Source of the DNA: Candidatus Micrarchaeota archaeon
Lineage (GTDB): Archaea > Micrarchaeota > Micrarchaeia > Micrarchaeales > CABMGC01
NCBI GenBank assembly: GCA_027319905.1
Contig: DAHVMJ010000001.1
Coordinates: 11,518 to 75,517, forward strand
Direction of reading: 5' to 3'
Length of the DNA stretch: 64,000 nt
Below, piece by piece: positions 24,719 to 33,110 of the stretch. A program made the position numbers and the translations under genes. Under the pieces are notes generated by a model, which was given only the letters and a program-made list of their open reading frames with translations, had not been told where the DNA came from and searched no databases. Each line of letters opens with the position of its first letter. Positions within the stretch are counted from its first letter, which is position 1.

Positions 24719-26176
24719 TCAGTTCGTGCTCTCTTCCTGCTTTTCGAGCGCATCTATGAGGTGCAGCGCGCCCTCTACCGAAGGCGTGGCGTTGAAGAAC
24801 TGTTTGGAAGTAGCCTTAAGGCTGTCGTTGTAGCCGTCTATCATTATGCTTATCAGCTTGGCTTTGCTGCTCTTAAACGCCTTCTTCCAGTTGTCCACGT
24901 AGTCGTAGCCGTCGGTTATCAGCACAATTGAGTTCGTGGACCTCCATATGTCGTCATTTCTTAGGTCCCTAAGCGAGGTTGCAAGAGCCTTGTTAATGTT
25001 CGTCCCTCCCCCTTCGCCCTGGGTGATCAACGCGTTCATCACCTTGTCCGGCTCGGACTGCCTAGCATAGGTTTTGTCGTCGAAGAATCTGAGGTAGTAG
25101 GGCCTGTGCTCCCTCCTTGCGAGTATGAGAATTGCGAGCGCGACGCTCCTTGCCCACACGGTTTTCTCGCCATACATACTTCCAGATATGTCCAGGAGCA
25201 CGTAGTAGGCTCCGGGCGCGTCATCGACCGTCGTGTTTATCGTTATTCCCTTTTTCCCCTCTACGGTTATCCCATACCTTGTCCTGGATTCCAGCTCGCC
25301 CATTATCAGCTTGCGCTCGAATATCGCGTCGGGCATCGCAAGCTCCTTTGGGAGAACGTCCTGGATGTTGTGCGTGAAGCGATAGCCAGGGCCGACTTCG
25401 CCGTGCTTGCTCTCGTTTACCTTTACGAATGACTCCTCGGTTACCTTCTGTGACTTCTTCTGTGAGGTGAGTATCTTCTCCACGTCGTGAGCCGAAAGTA
25501 TCTGCGCGGCCAAATCTATTATCTCGCGAGACATCTCGGTTTCCTCGTGAGAGTAGCCCATTCCGAGAGCATGCGCCGCGTTTTTCCCTCCTTTTCCTAT
25601 CGCAGATGCCATGTTGGCCAAGGTGTCTGAAACGTCCTGGTTCATTATGTCTCTAAGTTTTGAGATCCCGTTCCTAACTTTCCCATTTACGTCGTTCGGC
25701 TCGGCTTGTTCTTCTATCTGCTCTTCTATCTGCCTCTCGTTCTCTGCCTCCTCCCTCTTCTTTTCCTCGAGCTCATCGCGTTTCTTCTGCAACTCTTTCA
25801 GGAAGAACTCTGTCTTCTTTGCCGCCACCTGCGTCGATTCGTTGTCGTGCAGAAGCGTCTGCTCCCTGGAGCTTTTGTACTCTTCGCTCTGCGCGTACTG
25901 CTCCATCAGGCCGCGCACATACTCCATCGCCGGATCCTCGTTCTTCTGTACCACCATAGGTCTGAGCGAGTACTGGAGCTGGTATGCGTCTGAGAATACT
26001 GTCTTTGCCTCTGGCATGGAAAAGAGCTGGGGATCGCCGCCGGGCACCTGGGCCGGGTCGCTAAGCTTTTCCACTGCCTGCTCTAGCTTCGCCTCGGCTC
26101 TCTTCTGGCTGTAGACCAGGAGGTTGCTCTGTATGTTGCGCTTCTTGTTTTCCTTTTTCTCAGGCACGCGAACCAC
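24719..26176 (-). CDS. von Willebrand factor type A (vWA) protein with a long acidic coiled-coil N-terminal region
   Basis: MIDAS 'YYVLLDISGSMYG', later 'GGGTNINKAL' and 'IVLITDGYD'. Confidence 0.8.
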   Translation of the reverse strand: MVRVPEKKENKKRNIQSNLLVYSQKRAEAKLEQAVEKLSDPAQVPGGDPQLFSMPEAKTVFSDAYQLQYSLRPMVVQKNEDPAMEYVRGLMEQYAQSEEYKSSREQTLLHDNESTQVAAKKTEFFLKELQKKRDELEEKKREEAENERQIEEQIEEQAEPNDVNGKVRNGISKLRDIMNQDVSDTLANMASAIGKGGKNAAHALGMGYSHEETEMSREIIDLAAQILSAHDVEKILTSQKKSQKVTEESFVKVNESKHGEVGPGYRFTHNIQDVLPKELAMPDAIFERKLIMGELESRTRYGITVEGKKGITINTTVDDAPGAYYVLLDISGSMYGEKTVWARSVALAILILARREHRPYYLRFFDDKTYARQSEPDKVMNALITQGEGGGTNINKALATSLRDLRNDDIWRSTNSIVLITDGYDYVDNWKKAFKSSKAKLISIMIDGYNDSLKATSKQFFNATPSVEGALHLIDALEKQEESTN

Positions 26177-26188
26177 CCCCTAACGAGG

Positions 26189-27496
26189 TCAATTCAGGTC
26201 TTCCTCATCGCGCTTCTTGACCGCAGCCTTTGCCTCCACCACGAGGTCAGATAGGTAGCTCGTGAACTCGGGCATCTTTGGATCGTTCTTCATTGTTCCC
26301 AGAAGCGTGTCGGCGTTGGCTATCTCTCTCCTCAGCGCCTTGAAGGTTATTTCGCTGGGCGTCGTCTTTGCTATCTCTTCCATTTCCTTCAGCTTCTGGA
26401 ACTCCTCCTCGACCTTCTCTATCTTCTCCTGGGTTAAGCTCAGCTTCTGCTCTACTATGATGCGCTCTATCTTTGCCAGGTCGTCCTGTGTGTTGGGCCC
26501 GCAGTAGTAGAGCGAGAGCGCGAGGTCCTCCCTATCGACATCCTTGTTACCTCTCAGGTATGAGAACGCAACGGCCAGCCTCGCCAGGCTTATGTCCGTC
26601 CTGGTTGAGGGGTGTATGCCTTTCTCTCTCAGCGCTACAACAAGGTTGGCTATGGTCGATGTGAATGCGGGATTGTTTGCGAACCTCAGTGTCTTGTCGT
26701 TTACCTCGAGCTGTATGTTGCCGAGGTCATTTACCGAAAGCGGCTTCTTCCTTGTAACCTGGGCCATCGCCTTTGCCTTGAGCCCCTCGAGCTCCTTTTC
26801 GAGCAGCTCTACCTCTCCGTTCAGCCCCTTGCTTATTGCTGACGGAAGCAGCTCCTTCTGGACTTCATTGAAGAACACCCTCACCGGGAATCGGCTGTAC
26901 AATGCCATGTCCTCCTCTGCGGTGGGAGTTGTGTTGGTTGCGGTGAAGAACGCTCGGTACTTGAGGTGCTCCACTGAGTCGCCCTCCACGACCTCGTGCT
27001 TCGACAGGACGTCGAGCATCAGGTCCCTTATGTTCCTTCCGCCTCTCATGAGTTCGTCTATGAACACTATGTCAGAGTTGTATATTGCGCTGTGTATCCT
27101 GGTCAAATGGCCCTTCTTGTAGTCCTCTATGTTTATCGGGCCGAGAACCGAGTCCTTGTCGGTTTCTGGGGTGGCAGGGTAGTAGAAGTAGCTTGCGCCG
27201 TCTATCCCCCACGCCAATTCATCTATTATCCTAGTTTTGCCCTCCCCCCACAGCCCAATCTCTATTGCGGGCTTGAACGCTATCATAGAGGCGAGAATCG
27301 CAGACACTGGAGACTCCAGACCAGCGAACTCGCCGCTTACCTGCGAATAGAGAGTCTGAAGCTTCTTCTGCTTCTCTTCTGTAGAGTTGCCGAAAGGTCT
27401 CGAAAGCATGCGAAGAAGCTTGTCGAACACGTTCTGGTCAACGGCCTCCTGCTGCACGCTCGCCATAACATTCCTTGCCCCAGTAATTCCACTCAT
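26189..27496 (-). CDS. MoxR-like AAA+ ATPase with a C-terminal coiled-coil extension
   Basis: Walker A 'GLWGEGKTRI', Walker B plus MoxR-type 'IVFIDELMRGGRNIRDLMLDVLSKHEVV', and 'ALYSRFPVRV'. Confidence 0.75.
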   Translation of the reverse strand: MSGITGARNVMASVQQEAVDQNVFDKLLRMLSRPFGNSTEEKQKKLQTLYSQVSGEFAGLESPVSAILASMIAFKPAIEIGLWGEGKTRIIDELAWGIDGASYFYYPATPETDKDSVLGPINIEDYKKGHLTRIHSAIYNSDIVFIDELMRGGRNIRDLMLDVLSKHEVVEGDSVEHLKYRAFFTATNTTPTAEEDMALYSRFPVRVFFNEVQKELLPSAISKGLNGEVELLEKELEGLKAKAMAQVTRKKPLSVNDLGNIQLEVNDKTLRFANNPAFTSTIANLVVALREKGIHPSTRTDISLARLAVAFSYLRGNKDVDREDLALSLYYCGPNTQDDLAKIERIIVEQKLSLTQEKIEKVEEEFQKLKEMEEIAKTTPSEITFKALRREIANADTLLGTMKNDPKMPEFTSYLSDLVVEAKAAVKKRDEEDLN

Positions 27497-27625
27497 CGTA
27501 TCACTTGGTTAGTGCATGTGCGGTTTCCTGTATTTAAGCATAGGTAAAATTCGCACTTTTAACAGTATAAATTGTTATTTTGAACTATCGGGGCTGGCAC
27601 CTAGAGGAAACGGTGCGGGGGCTGT

Positions 27626-28366
27626 CTAGTCGCGCAGCAGACCCCGCTTCTTCTCATGGATGTTTGGCCTCTCGGCTTCTGGGCATACGTTGTTGCTCTC
27701 CTTGTGAATCTCGCCGATCATCTGGATCACGCCATTCAAGTCCACTTTTGCCGAGGAAACGTTGCCATTCACCTGTGAGAAGGTGGGCGCCTCGTCGAGT
27801 ATCTTTCCTATCCTGCTGACAAATGCCATCGTGCCGCCGTTCCCGACCTTGCTGTAGCTGAAGTATATGGCGTCTGTGAGGTGGAGATAGCCGGAAAGTA
27901 CTTTGCTCTTCAGATTGCCTCCGGTGAACAACGATAAAATATCTATTTCGGGAAGCGCCATCAGCGGAAAGGCCTGATCGCAGAATTTTGTTAGTACTGA
28001 GAGCGCGTCGCTTGTCAGCCCTGGATCTTTTTCGAGAGCGTGCACCAGTATCCCAGCCTCCATGCCGAAGAGTGCTGTCTGCGACACGAAAGAGTATTCC
28101 ATTAGCCTCTCCATGTAGAGCACTATGCTTGAAAGCGTCTCGGTTGAGACCGGCGCGTTCTTCTTGATCTTCTTTACCAGCTCCTCCCCAGGTCCGGCGA
28201 GAAGGAAGTCATTCAGGATTTTGTCAGAGATCTCCTTAGGCAGAAGTTTCGATCTGGGCACGGTGTCTTCTTTCAGTAGTGCTTCTGCTATTTCCGTGCC
28301 AAACTTTTCCTGGAGCCTTGAGCGGACATCTGCGCTCTTGTGACCGAACACCATGCCAGCAACCAA
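27626..28366 (-). CDS. Hypothetical helical protein upstream of the MoxR-vWA pair
   Basis: 246-aa ORF on the same strand, 130 nt upstream of the ATPase. No motif recognised. Confidence 0.5.
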   Translation of the reverse strand: MVAGMVFGHKSADVRSRLQEKFGTEIAEALLKEDTVPRSKLLPKEISDKILNDFLLAGPGEELVKKIKKNAPVSTETLSSIVLYMERLMEYSFVSQTALFGMEAGILVHALEKDPGLTSDALSVLTKFCDQAFPLMALPEIDILSLFTGGNLKSKVLSGYLHLTDAIYFSYSKVGNGGTMAFVSRIGKILDEAPTFSQVNGNVSSAKVDLNGVIQMIGEIHKESNNVCPEAERPNIHEKKRGLLRD

Positions 28367-28447
28367 TCCGTCTTTGACGCCGTGGTTTATAATGATTTCT
28401 CAGGTTTTGTAACGCGAGGGCTCTGGCTATATAAGCTTGACAGAGAT

Positions 28448-28954
28448 ATGGGGAATGTTGCCATGGCCGTTGTTTCGCAGAGGAAGGTGATGCGGTTACA
28501 GCGCACAATGCTTGTGATAAGGCGCTGCCCTTTCTGCCTGAATGACACAGAGCAGAATGCCTACTACGCGCACAAGCCGGATCTGAGGATAACGGCTGCA
28601 CTGGGCGGCAAGGAGTTCGTGCTGGAATGGCAGGGCCGCATGCCTTTCGAATGGTACGGCATAGCAGAGTGCAAGGAGTGCGGCAATGCATATGTGGTTC
28701 AGGGGGCGATTCCGCAGATAAACAAGGATATAACGGGTGTGACAAACCCCCAGGAAGTGCGATTGGCATACACGTGCTGTGATTTCTGCGTGCACGAGGA
28801 GATGAGCTATGTGCTGGCAAACATGCTAATCACGCTTAGGAACGGGAAGAGCATCTACCTCTGCGAAAGACATGCTGACGCGATCAAAAGAGAGAAAGGA
28901 AAACGCGACGGCTACGACTTCCTGATTCCAAAGGTTGCTGCGTGGAAGGGCTAA
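28448..28954 (+). CDS. Cys-rich zinc-finger protein (several CxxC pairs)
   Basis: 'CPFCLND', 'CKECGN', 'CCDFCVHE' and 'CERH'. TATA 'ggctatataagc' at 28425-28436. The start may be ATG 28448 or 28463. Confidence 0.55.
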   Translation: MGNVAMAVVSQRKVMRLQRTMLVIRRCPFCLNDTEQNAYYAHKPDLRITAALGGKEFVLEWQGRMPFEWYGIAECKECGNAYVVQGAIPQINKDITGVTNPQEVRLAYTCCDFCVHEEMSYVLANMLITLRNGKSIYLCERHADAIKREKGKRDGYDFLIPKVAAWKG

Positions 28955-30294
28955 CTTGACGCGGACGTCACGTTAGTGAAGACTATCCCCACGCCTTCCA
29001 CCTGCGCGCCAACCTGATACTGCGACCCGAGCTTCGGACTTATCGCGAACATGCCATGGCCGAACGAGATGGTGCCGTTGAAGCTCAGCGTTGCCGATTG
29101 TCCTGACTGCAGCGTGTAGCTCTGGCTCGCGTTCTCAAAGTCTTCGGTGCCAAGAGGCACAGAAAGGGCGCCGTTGCTCTGCACAGAGAAGATCACGAGC
29201 TTCCTGTCGCTCTGCTCTGCCTGTATCTCGGTGCTGCGGTTCAGCACGAACTGCTGCAGACGAGATGTGAAGTTTGCCAAGCCTGCTGAAGTGCAGACGC
29301 TACTGTTTACCTGCACCGTTTCGCCTGCGCCCACGCTGACCTCGAAGTCGGGTATCTGGCTCCCGAAGGAACTGTTTCTAAGCAGGGTTTCTATCCTGTC
29401 CCTCTGTTCCGATGAGAGGTTCGTGCGATCGCTGCCGTTCTGGCTTGTGTTCGCTACAGCGCAGAACGTGCTATTGCTTATGTGCCTGGTCATGTTTGTG
29501 GTAAAGGCATAGGCTCTTGCCACAAGCGCGCTAGAGTTGTATCGTACGCTAAGGTTGCCCTTGAAGCCTACTTGCTTCACCGCCACGCTCGTGTTTGAGT
29601 TGTCCTTCAGTGTTATTGAGAAGTGAGTTACGTTGCCGGAAGCGACAGAGAGTGACGCGGATGTTATTGAAATGTTGGGCCTTGTTTCTTCCAGATCTGC
29701 GGCCTCGTTTTTTGTAAGCGATGCCCTTGCGCCTACGTGGAGTGCCGCCTTGCTACTTCCGTTGCCCACAACAACAGCCCTTACTGAGGGCACGAGCACG
29801 AAGACTGTGGACGTGTTAGTAATTATGCTTGCTACCACAGGCGAAAGGTCTACGAGAACGCTCGCGTTGCCGTTGAGCGCGGTTCTGCCGTTTATGTGTG
29901 CGGTCACAGCCCCGCTCGGGACCGTTACGTTGTGAGTGGTGCCGTTCACAGTTATGGTGGCCGAGGTGACGTTGAACCTTACCATCCCTATGCTTGCGTT
30001 CGCTGGCACAGTAATAGTGCCCATCGTCTGGCTCAGGTTAAGAACCGCAAGAAGATTTATGCTTCCTGATCCGCTCGCCGAGACCCAGCCTGATTCGTTC
30101 CCGGCGTTGCTGAGGTGCGCCTCGAGAGACGAGTAGTTTATGATAAGAGCAGAAGTGCCGGCTGGCACCTGCGCAGGATCCGTCAGCTGCAGCGCTACGA
30201 GGTTGCTCTTAGTGGCGCTTGAGGATGGTAGAAGCAGGAATATCGCAACTATCAGAATCGCAATCAGAACCACAACAGGAGCCAGTTTGTTCAT
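28951..30294 (-). CDS. Secreted, heavily sequon-decorated surface protein (DUF4382-like N-terminal region)
   Basis: Signal/anchor 'MNKLAPVVVLIAILIVAIFLLLP', 'LQLTDPAQVPAGTSALIINYSSLEAH', and well over twenty NxS/T sequons by eye. Confidence 0.65.
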   Translation of the reverse strand: MNKLAPVVVLIAILIVAIFLLLPSSSATKSNLVALQLTDPAQVPAGTSALIINYSSLEAHLSNAGNESGWVSASGSGSINLLAVLNLSQTMGTITVPANASIGMVRFNVTSATITVNGTTHNVTVPSGAVTAHINGRTALNGNASVLVDLSPVVASIITNTSTVFVLVPSVRAVVVGNGSSKAALHVGARASLTKNEAADLEETRPNISITSASLSVASGNVTHFSITLKDNSNTSVAVKQVGFKGNLSVRYNSSALVARAYAFTTNMTRHISNSTFCAVANTSQNGSDRTNLSSEQRDRIETLLRNSSFGSQIPDFEVSVGAGETVQVNSSVCTSAGLANFTSRLQQFVLNRSTEIQAEQSDRKLVIFSVQSNGALSVPLGTEDFENASQSYTLQSGQSATLSFNGTISFGHGMFAISPKLGSQYQVGAQVEGVGIVFTNVTSASS

Positions 30295-30383
30295 CTTATA
30301 CCTGACTATTTGCTACGTTGGATTTAATAAATGCTGTAGCAGCGTAAGGTTTTGTAAGAAAGAATTACGCTTTGAACAGAAGA

Positions 30384-30469
30384 CGCTGGGTGCGAGAATC
30401 GAACTCGCGAAGGCCATTTCTAGCCAAACAGCTTAGCAGGCTGCCGCCCTACCACTAGGCGAACCCAGC
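30384..30469 (-). tRNA. tRNA-Ser(GCU)
   Basis: Minus strand: GCTGGGT-TC-GCCT-AGTGGTA-GGGC-G-GCAGC-CTGCTAA-GCTGT, 19-nt variable arm, GCGAG-TTCGATT-CTCGC-ACCCAGC-G. Confidence 0.85.
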
Positions 30470-30676
30470 ACGGTGGGAATAGGAATTCAGCAATTAAAAG
30501 CTATGCGTTTGTTCTGGCGCGCTGGCCGATTGATCTGTGCGTGTCGCGCACCACATCGGGATCTTGCGGCCGGGACCCACAGATACGGCTATGATTTCCT
30601 TGTCAAAAGAAAATATGCTAAACGTTTTTCTTACAAGCGTTTATATAGAGAAGCTCCGCAATAGCGACGTGGGAAA

Positions 30677-30910
30677 ATGGCGGATGGGAAACAAAAAACC
30701 GTGAGCCTTACTGAAAAACAAAGAACTGAGAGAGTAGCAGAGATCAGGAAACTGATGTCAGAGCGAGACAAGCACATCAATGACCCCTATGCGTATTACA
30801 TTGAGGAGATAGATCAGGTCAGAGCATTTCAGAGCACTGCAAGGTCAAACATCGGATTCCTTCTAGGCGAAGTTGAGAGATTGCAGGACCCGACGCAAAA
30901 GAGGGCATGA
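30677..30910 (+). CDS. Hypothetical 77-aa helical protein
   Basis: ORF with TATA 'gcgtttatatag' about 30 nt upstream. Confidence 0.4.
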   Translation: MADGKQKTVSLTEKQRTERVAEIRKLMSERDKHINDPYAYYIEEIDQVRAFQSTARSNIGFLLGEVERLQDPTQKRA

Positions 30911-30935
30911 GGCTGCCGCGGCAATTAAGAGCGGC

Positions 30936-31544
30936 TTATTCAAATGCGCTGGCAAGTTTGTCCTTACCTATCGCGCCTTCTCTCAGTATCTTGTAGCCTG
31001 AGTCCGTGACCTCCACCACAGTCGACCCCTGTGCGTACTCGGATTCGTCTGAGTCTACAACCAGGCCAACAGAGCCAAGCAGCTTCTCGTCCAGATCCAC
31101 GGCATGCGCGATGCTGCCGAATCCAGATATGTTTGCCGAGGTCGCCGTTATTGGATTTGGAAACTGCCGCAGGAGCCTTTGAGAGAAGTCATTGCTGGGT
31201 ATTCTTATTCCGACCTTGCCGTTCAGCGAGAGTAGCGGGATTGGCGTGATTGCCCTAACTACCAGAGTCAGCGGTCCGGGAAGGAACTTTAGCGCAAGAG
31301 TTTCTGCCACTCTGTTGAATATTGCTATGTCCTTTGCCCTTTCCACATTTGCGACTGCTATGGATGCGGGTTTGCTTTCATCCCTCTTCTTTGCAGTGAA
31401 AAGCTTCTTCAGCGCGGCCCTGTTTGTAGAGTCAACACCGAGACCGTAAACGGTTTCTGTTGGGTACGCTATGATCCCTCCACTGGCAAGGACTCTGGCA
31501 CACTCTGCCACAGCGTCTGCGTCAGCCTTGAGGAACTTTGCCAT
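30936..31544 (-). CDS. sua5: L-threonylcarbamoyladenylate synthase (Sua5/YrdC/TsaC, YrdC domain only)
   Basis: 'GGIIAYPTETVYGLGVD', 'KKRDESKP' and 'ITATSANISG'. Confidence 0.85.
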   Translation of the reverse strand: MAKFLKADADAVAECARVLASGGIIAYPTETVYGLGVDSTNRAALKKLFTAKKRDESKPASIAVANVERAKDIAIFNRVAETLALKFLPGPLTLVVRAITPIPLLSLNGKVGIRIPSNDFSQRLLRQFPNPITATSANISGFGSIAHAVDLDEKLLGSVGLVVDSDESEYAQGSTVVEVTDSGYKILREGAIGKDKLASAFE

Positions 31545-31555
31545 GCGATCATCGT

Positions 31556-31817
31556 GCAGCAGGAGCCGATCTAGCCGCAGGCAAGCATGCCGAGTTGTCC
31601 ACGCCTCTGCTCAGCCCTGTATCTCCAGAGCACAGCCGCGCATACTTAGGGTTGCTCCTTCCGGCCTGGCCCGGTTCATACGTGAGACCGCCACTGGAGG
31701 CAAGACCTCGACGCTTTGGCGAGGGCCCGACATGCATGCGTGCAACGCAAACGGCATACGGCCCGCCGAAGGGGATTTGCGGAATGGGAAACCCCTAGCT
31801 TCCCACCTCCCTACTGC
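31556..31817 (-). ncRNA. Signal recognition particle RNA (7S/SRP RNA)
   Basis: The minus strand contains 'GGCCAGGCCGGAAGGAGCAACC', the conserved helix-8 motif (compare archaeal CAGGCCCGGAAGGGAGCAAC). The 5' GCAGTAGGG pairs with the 3' CTCCTGCTGC (9 bp). The GC-rich region otherwise has only implausible ORFs, and a TATA lies about 25 nt upstream. Confidence 0.8.
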
Positions 31818-31839
31818 AATAAGAATATGCCGAGAGCAT

Positions 31840-31849
31840 TTAATAAGCG
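31840..31849 (-). promoter_or_regulatory. TATA box (gcttattaaa on the minus strand) for SRP RNA
   Basis: About 25 nt upstream of the inferred 5' end at 31817. Confidence 0.45.
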
Positions 31850-31852
31850 TTT

Positions 31853-32251
31853 TTACGTCCTTTTAACGTGGCGGGCGCCGCACAGGGTCGCCCCTGAATC
31901 TTTCATAGCCAGCTCTTCGCTCCTGTAGATCCTAGAAACCCTGGGATTCAGAATGAATATGAAGCCACCACGGGTGGTTCCCGATATCGGGATCACAGCG
32001 TATCCGTGCACTATCCCTTTCGTTGTAAGTTTGTAAACCCCTTGCCAGAAACTCATCGGGCTGCCGTGGCCTTTGAAGTCTAACTCTTCTGCTTTAAGCT
32101 CGCGCCCTCTCAGTTCGAGACCGGTCAAAATCGGAGTGGTCTGCCTCAGCGGCCACCCTGAAGCTTTCCATTCGGATTTATTATCATTGATATAGTTGAA
32201 TTTATTCCCATCTGCGTCGATAAAGGTGTGCACTTTTAGGTTTTGAGCCAT
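31853..32251 (-). CDS. Hypothetical protein
   Basis: 132-aa ORF; no motif recognised. Confidence 0.45.
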   Translation of the reverse strand: MAQNLKVHTFIDADGNKFNYINDNKSEWKASGWPLRQTTPILTGLELRGRELKAEELDFKGHGSPMSFWQGVYKLTTKGIVHGYAVIPISGTTRGGFIFILNPRVSRIYRSEELAMKDSGATLCGARHVKRT

Positions 32252-32346
32252 CTTATCTAACTCGAGTTAGGTTTTTTGCTTAATAATAATTGGCTTTAAA
32301 AAAAGTGATGCGAATAGCTTAATAACCCCTTAAACCTACTATTAAC

Positions 32347-32769
32347 GTGATTCTTTTGGATTCGAACTATGAGCAACTGCTCGATAGGGCGTTCGCCAAG
32401 CTGCCCAGTCTCGCTACCGAGAAGTCCGATTTCAAGGTACCAGAGGTGGATTCGATAATACAGGGCAGCAAGACGATGATCAGGAACTTCTCGCAGATTG
32501 CAGACGCAGCCCGAAGGGATGAGGCCGATATTGCGAAATATCTGAGCAAGGAACTGGCCGCGCCGGTAAGCGTGGGGGATCAGAAGCTCACTATAAGCGC
32601 CAAGGTACAGGCTGCTGCGCTGAACGACAAGGTAAAGAAGTATTTCGAGACATACGTTATATGCAAGGAGTGCCACAAGCCAGACACGCACATCGAGGGA
32701 ACAGAACGCGGCTACGAGACGCTTGTCTGCGAGGCATGCGGAGCAAGGTACACGGTAAAAAGATCTTGA
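32347..32769 (+). CDS. eif2b: Translation initiation factor aIF-2 beta
   Basis: 'YEQLLDRAFAKLP', 'KTMIRNFSQIA', and the C-terminal zinc ribbon 'CKECHKPDT...CEACGA'. GTG start. Confidence 0.9.
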   Translation: MILLDSNYEQLLDRAFAKLPSLATEKSDFKVPEVDSIIQGSKTMIRNFSQIADAARRDEADIAKYLSKELAAPVSVGDQKLTISAKVQAAALNDKVKKYFETYVICKECHKPDTHIEGTERGYETLVCEACGARYTVKRS

Positions 32770-32778
32770 GGTTTTTGA

Positions 32779-33102
32779 TTGGCGTACTACAGAGGTAGAG
32801 GAAGGGGCGGCAAGCGCCCAGAGCCAGTCTACGAACTGAAGATACCGCAGCAGGGAGAGGTCGTGGGCGTTGTGGTGCAGGCGATGGGTGCATCGAAGTT
32901 CAAGATACGCTGCTCCGACAGCTTTGAGCGCATCTGCAGCATACCGGGCAGGCTCAGGAGAAGGTTCTGGATAAAGGAGAACGACCTCGTGGTTGTCAAG
33001 CCGTGGGTGGTGCAGAGCAACGAACGCGGGGACATTGTCTGGAGATACAGCATAGGAGACAGGGACAGGCTGCGCGACAGGGGCATTCAGGTGCCGCAAT
33101 AG
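32779..33102 (+). CDS. eif1a: Translation initiation factor aIF-1A
   Basis: 'GEVVGVVVQAMGASKFKIRCSDSFERICSIPGRLRRRFWIKENDLVVVKPW' (S1-like OB fold). TTG start with GAGGT Shine-Dalgarno. Confidence 0.9.
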   Translation: MAYYRGRGRGGKRPEPVYELKIPQQGEVVGVVVQAMGASKFKIRCSDSFERICSIPGRLRRRFWIKENDLVVVKPWVVQSNERGDIVWRYSIGDRDRLRDRGIQVPQ

Positions 33103-33110
33103 CAACGCGG

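Noticed and set aside
28236-28820. 194-aa minus-strand ORF rich in Pro/Arg/Cys/Ser
   Set aside because: It is antisense to the zinc-finger gene and overlaps the start of the 27626-28366 gene. Its composition is typical of a GC-rich shadow frame.
30473-30664. 63-aa very basic ORF between tRNA-Ser and 30677
   Set aside because: The GTG start sits inside or next to the tRNA 5' flank, and the internal ATG is only 2 nt from the only TATA-like element. The region is better described as a possible structured RNA (reported as a low-interest finding).
31471-31928. Cluster of overlapping 60-130-aa ORFs on both strands (Arg/Pro/Ala-rich)
   Set aside because: They are explained by the GC-rich SRP RNA gene at 31556-31817. 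None has a credible start context.
32296-33105. 269-aa minus-strand ORF
   Set aside because: It is antisense to aIF-2beta and aIF-1A, both unambiguous.
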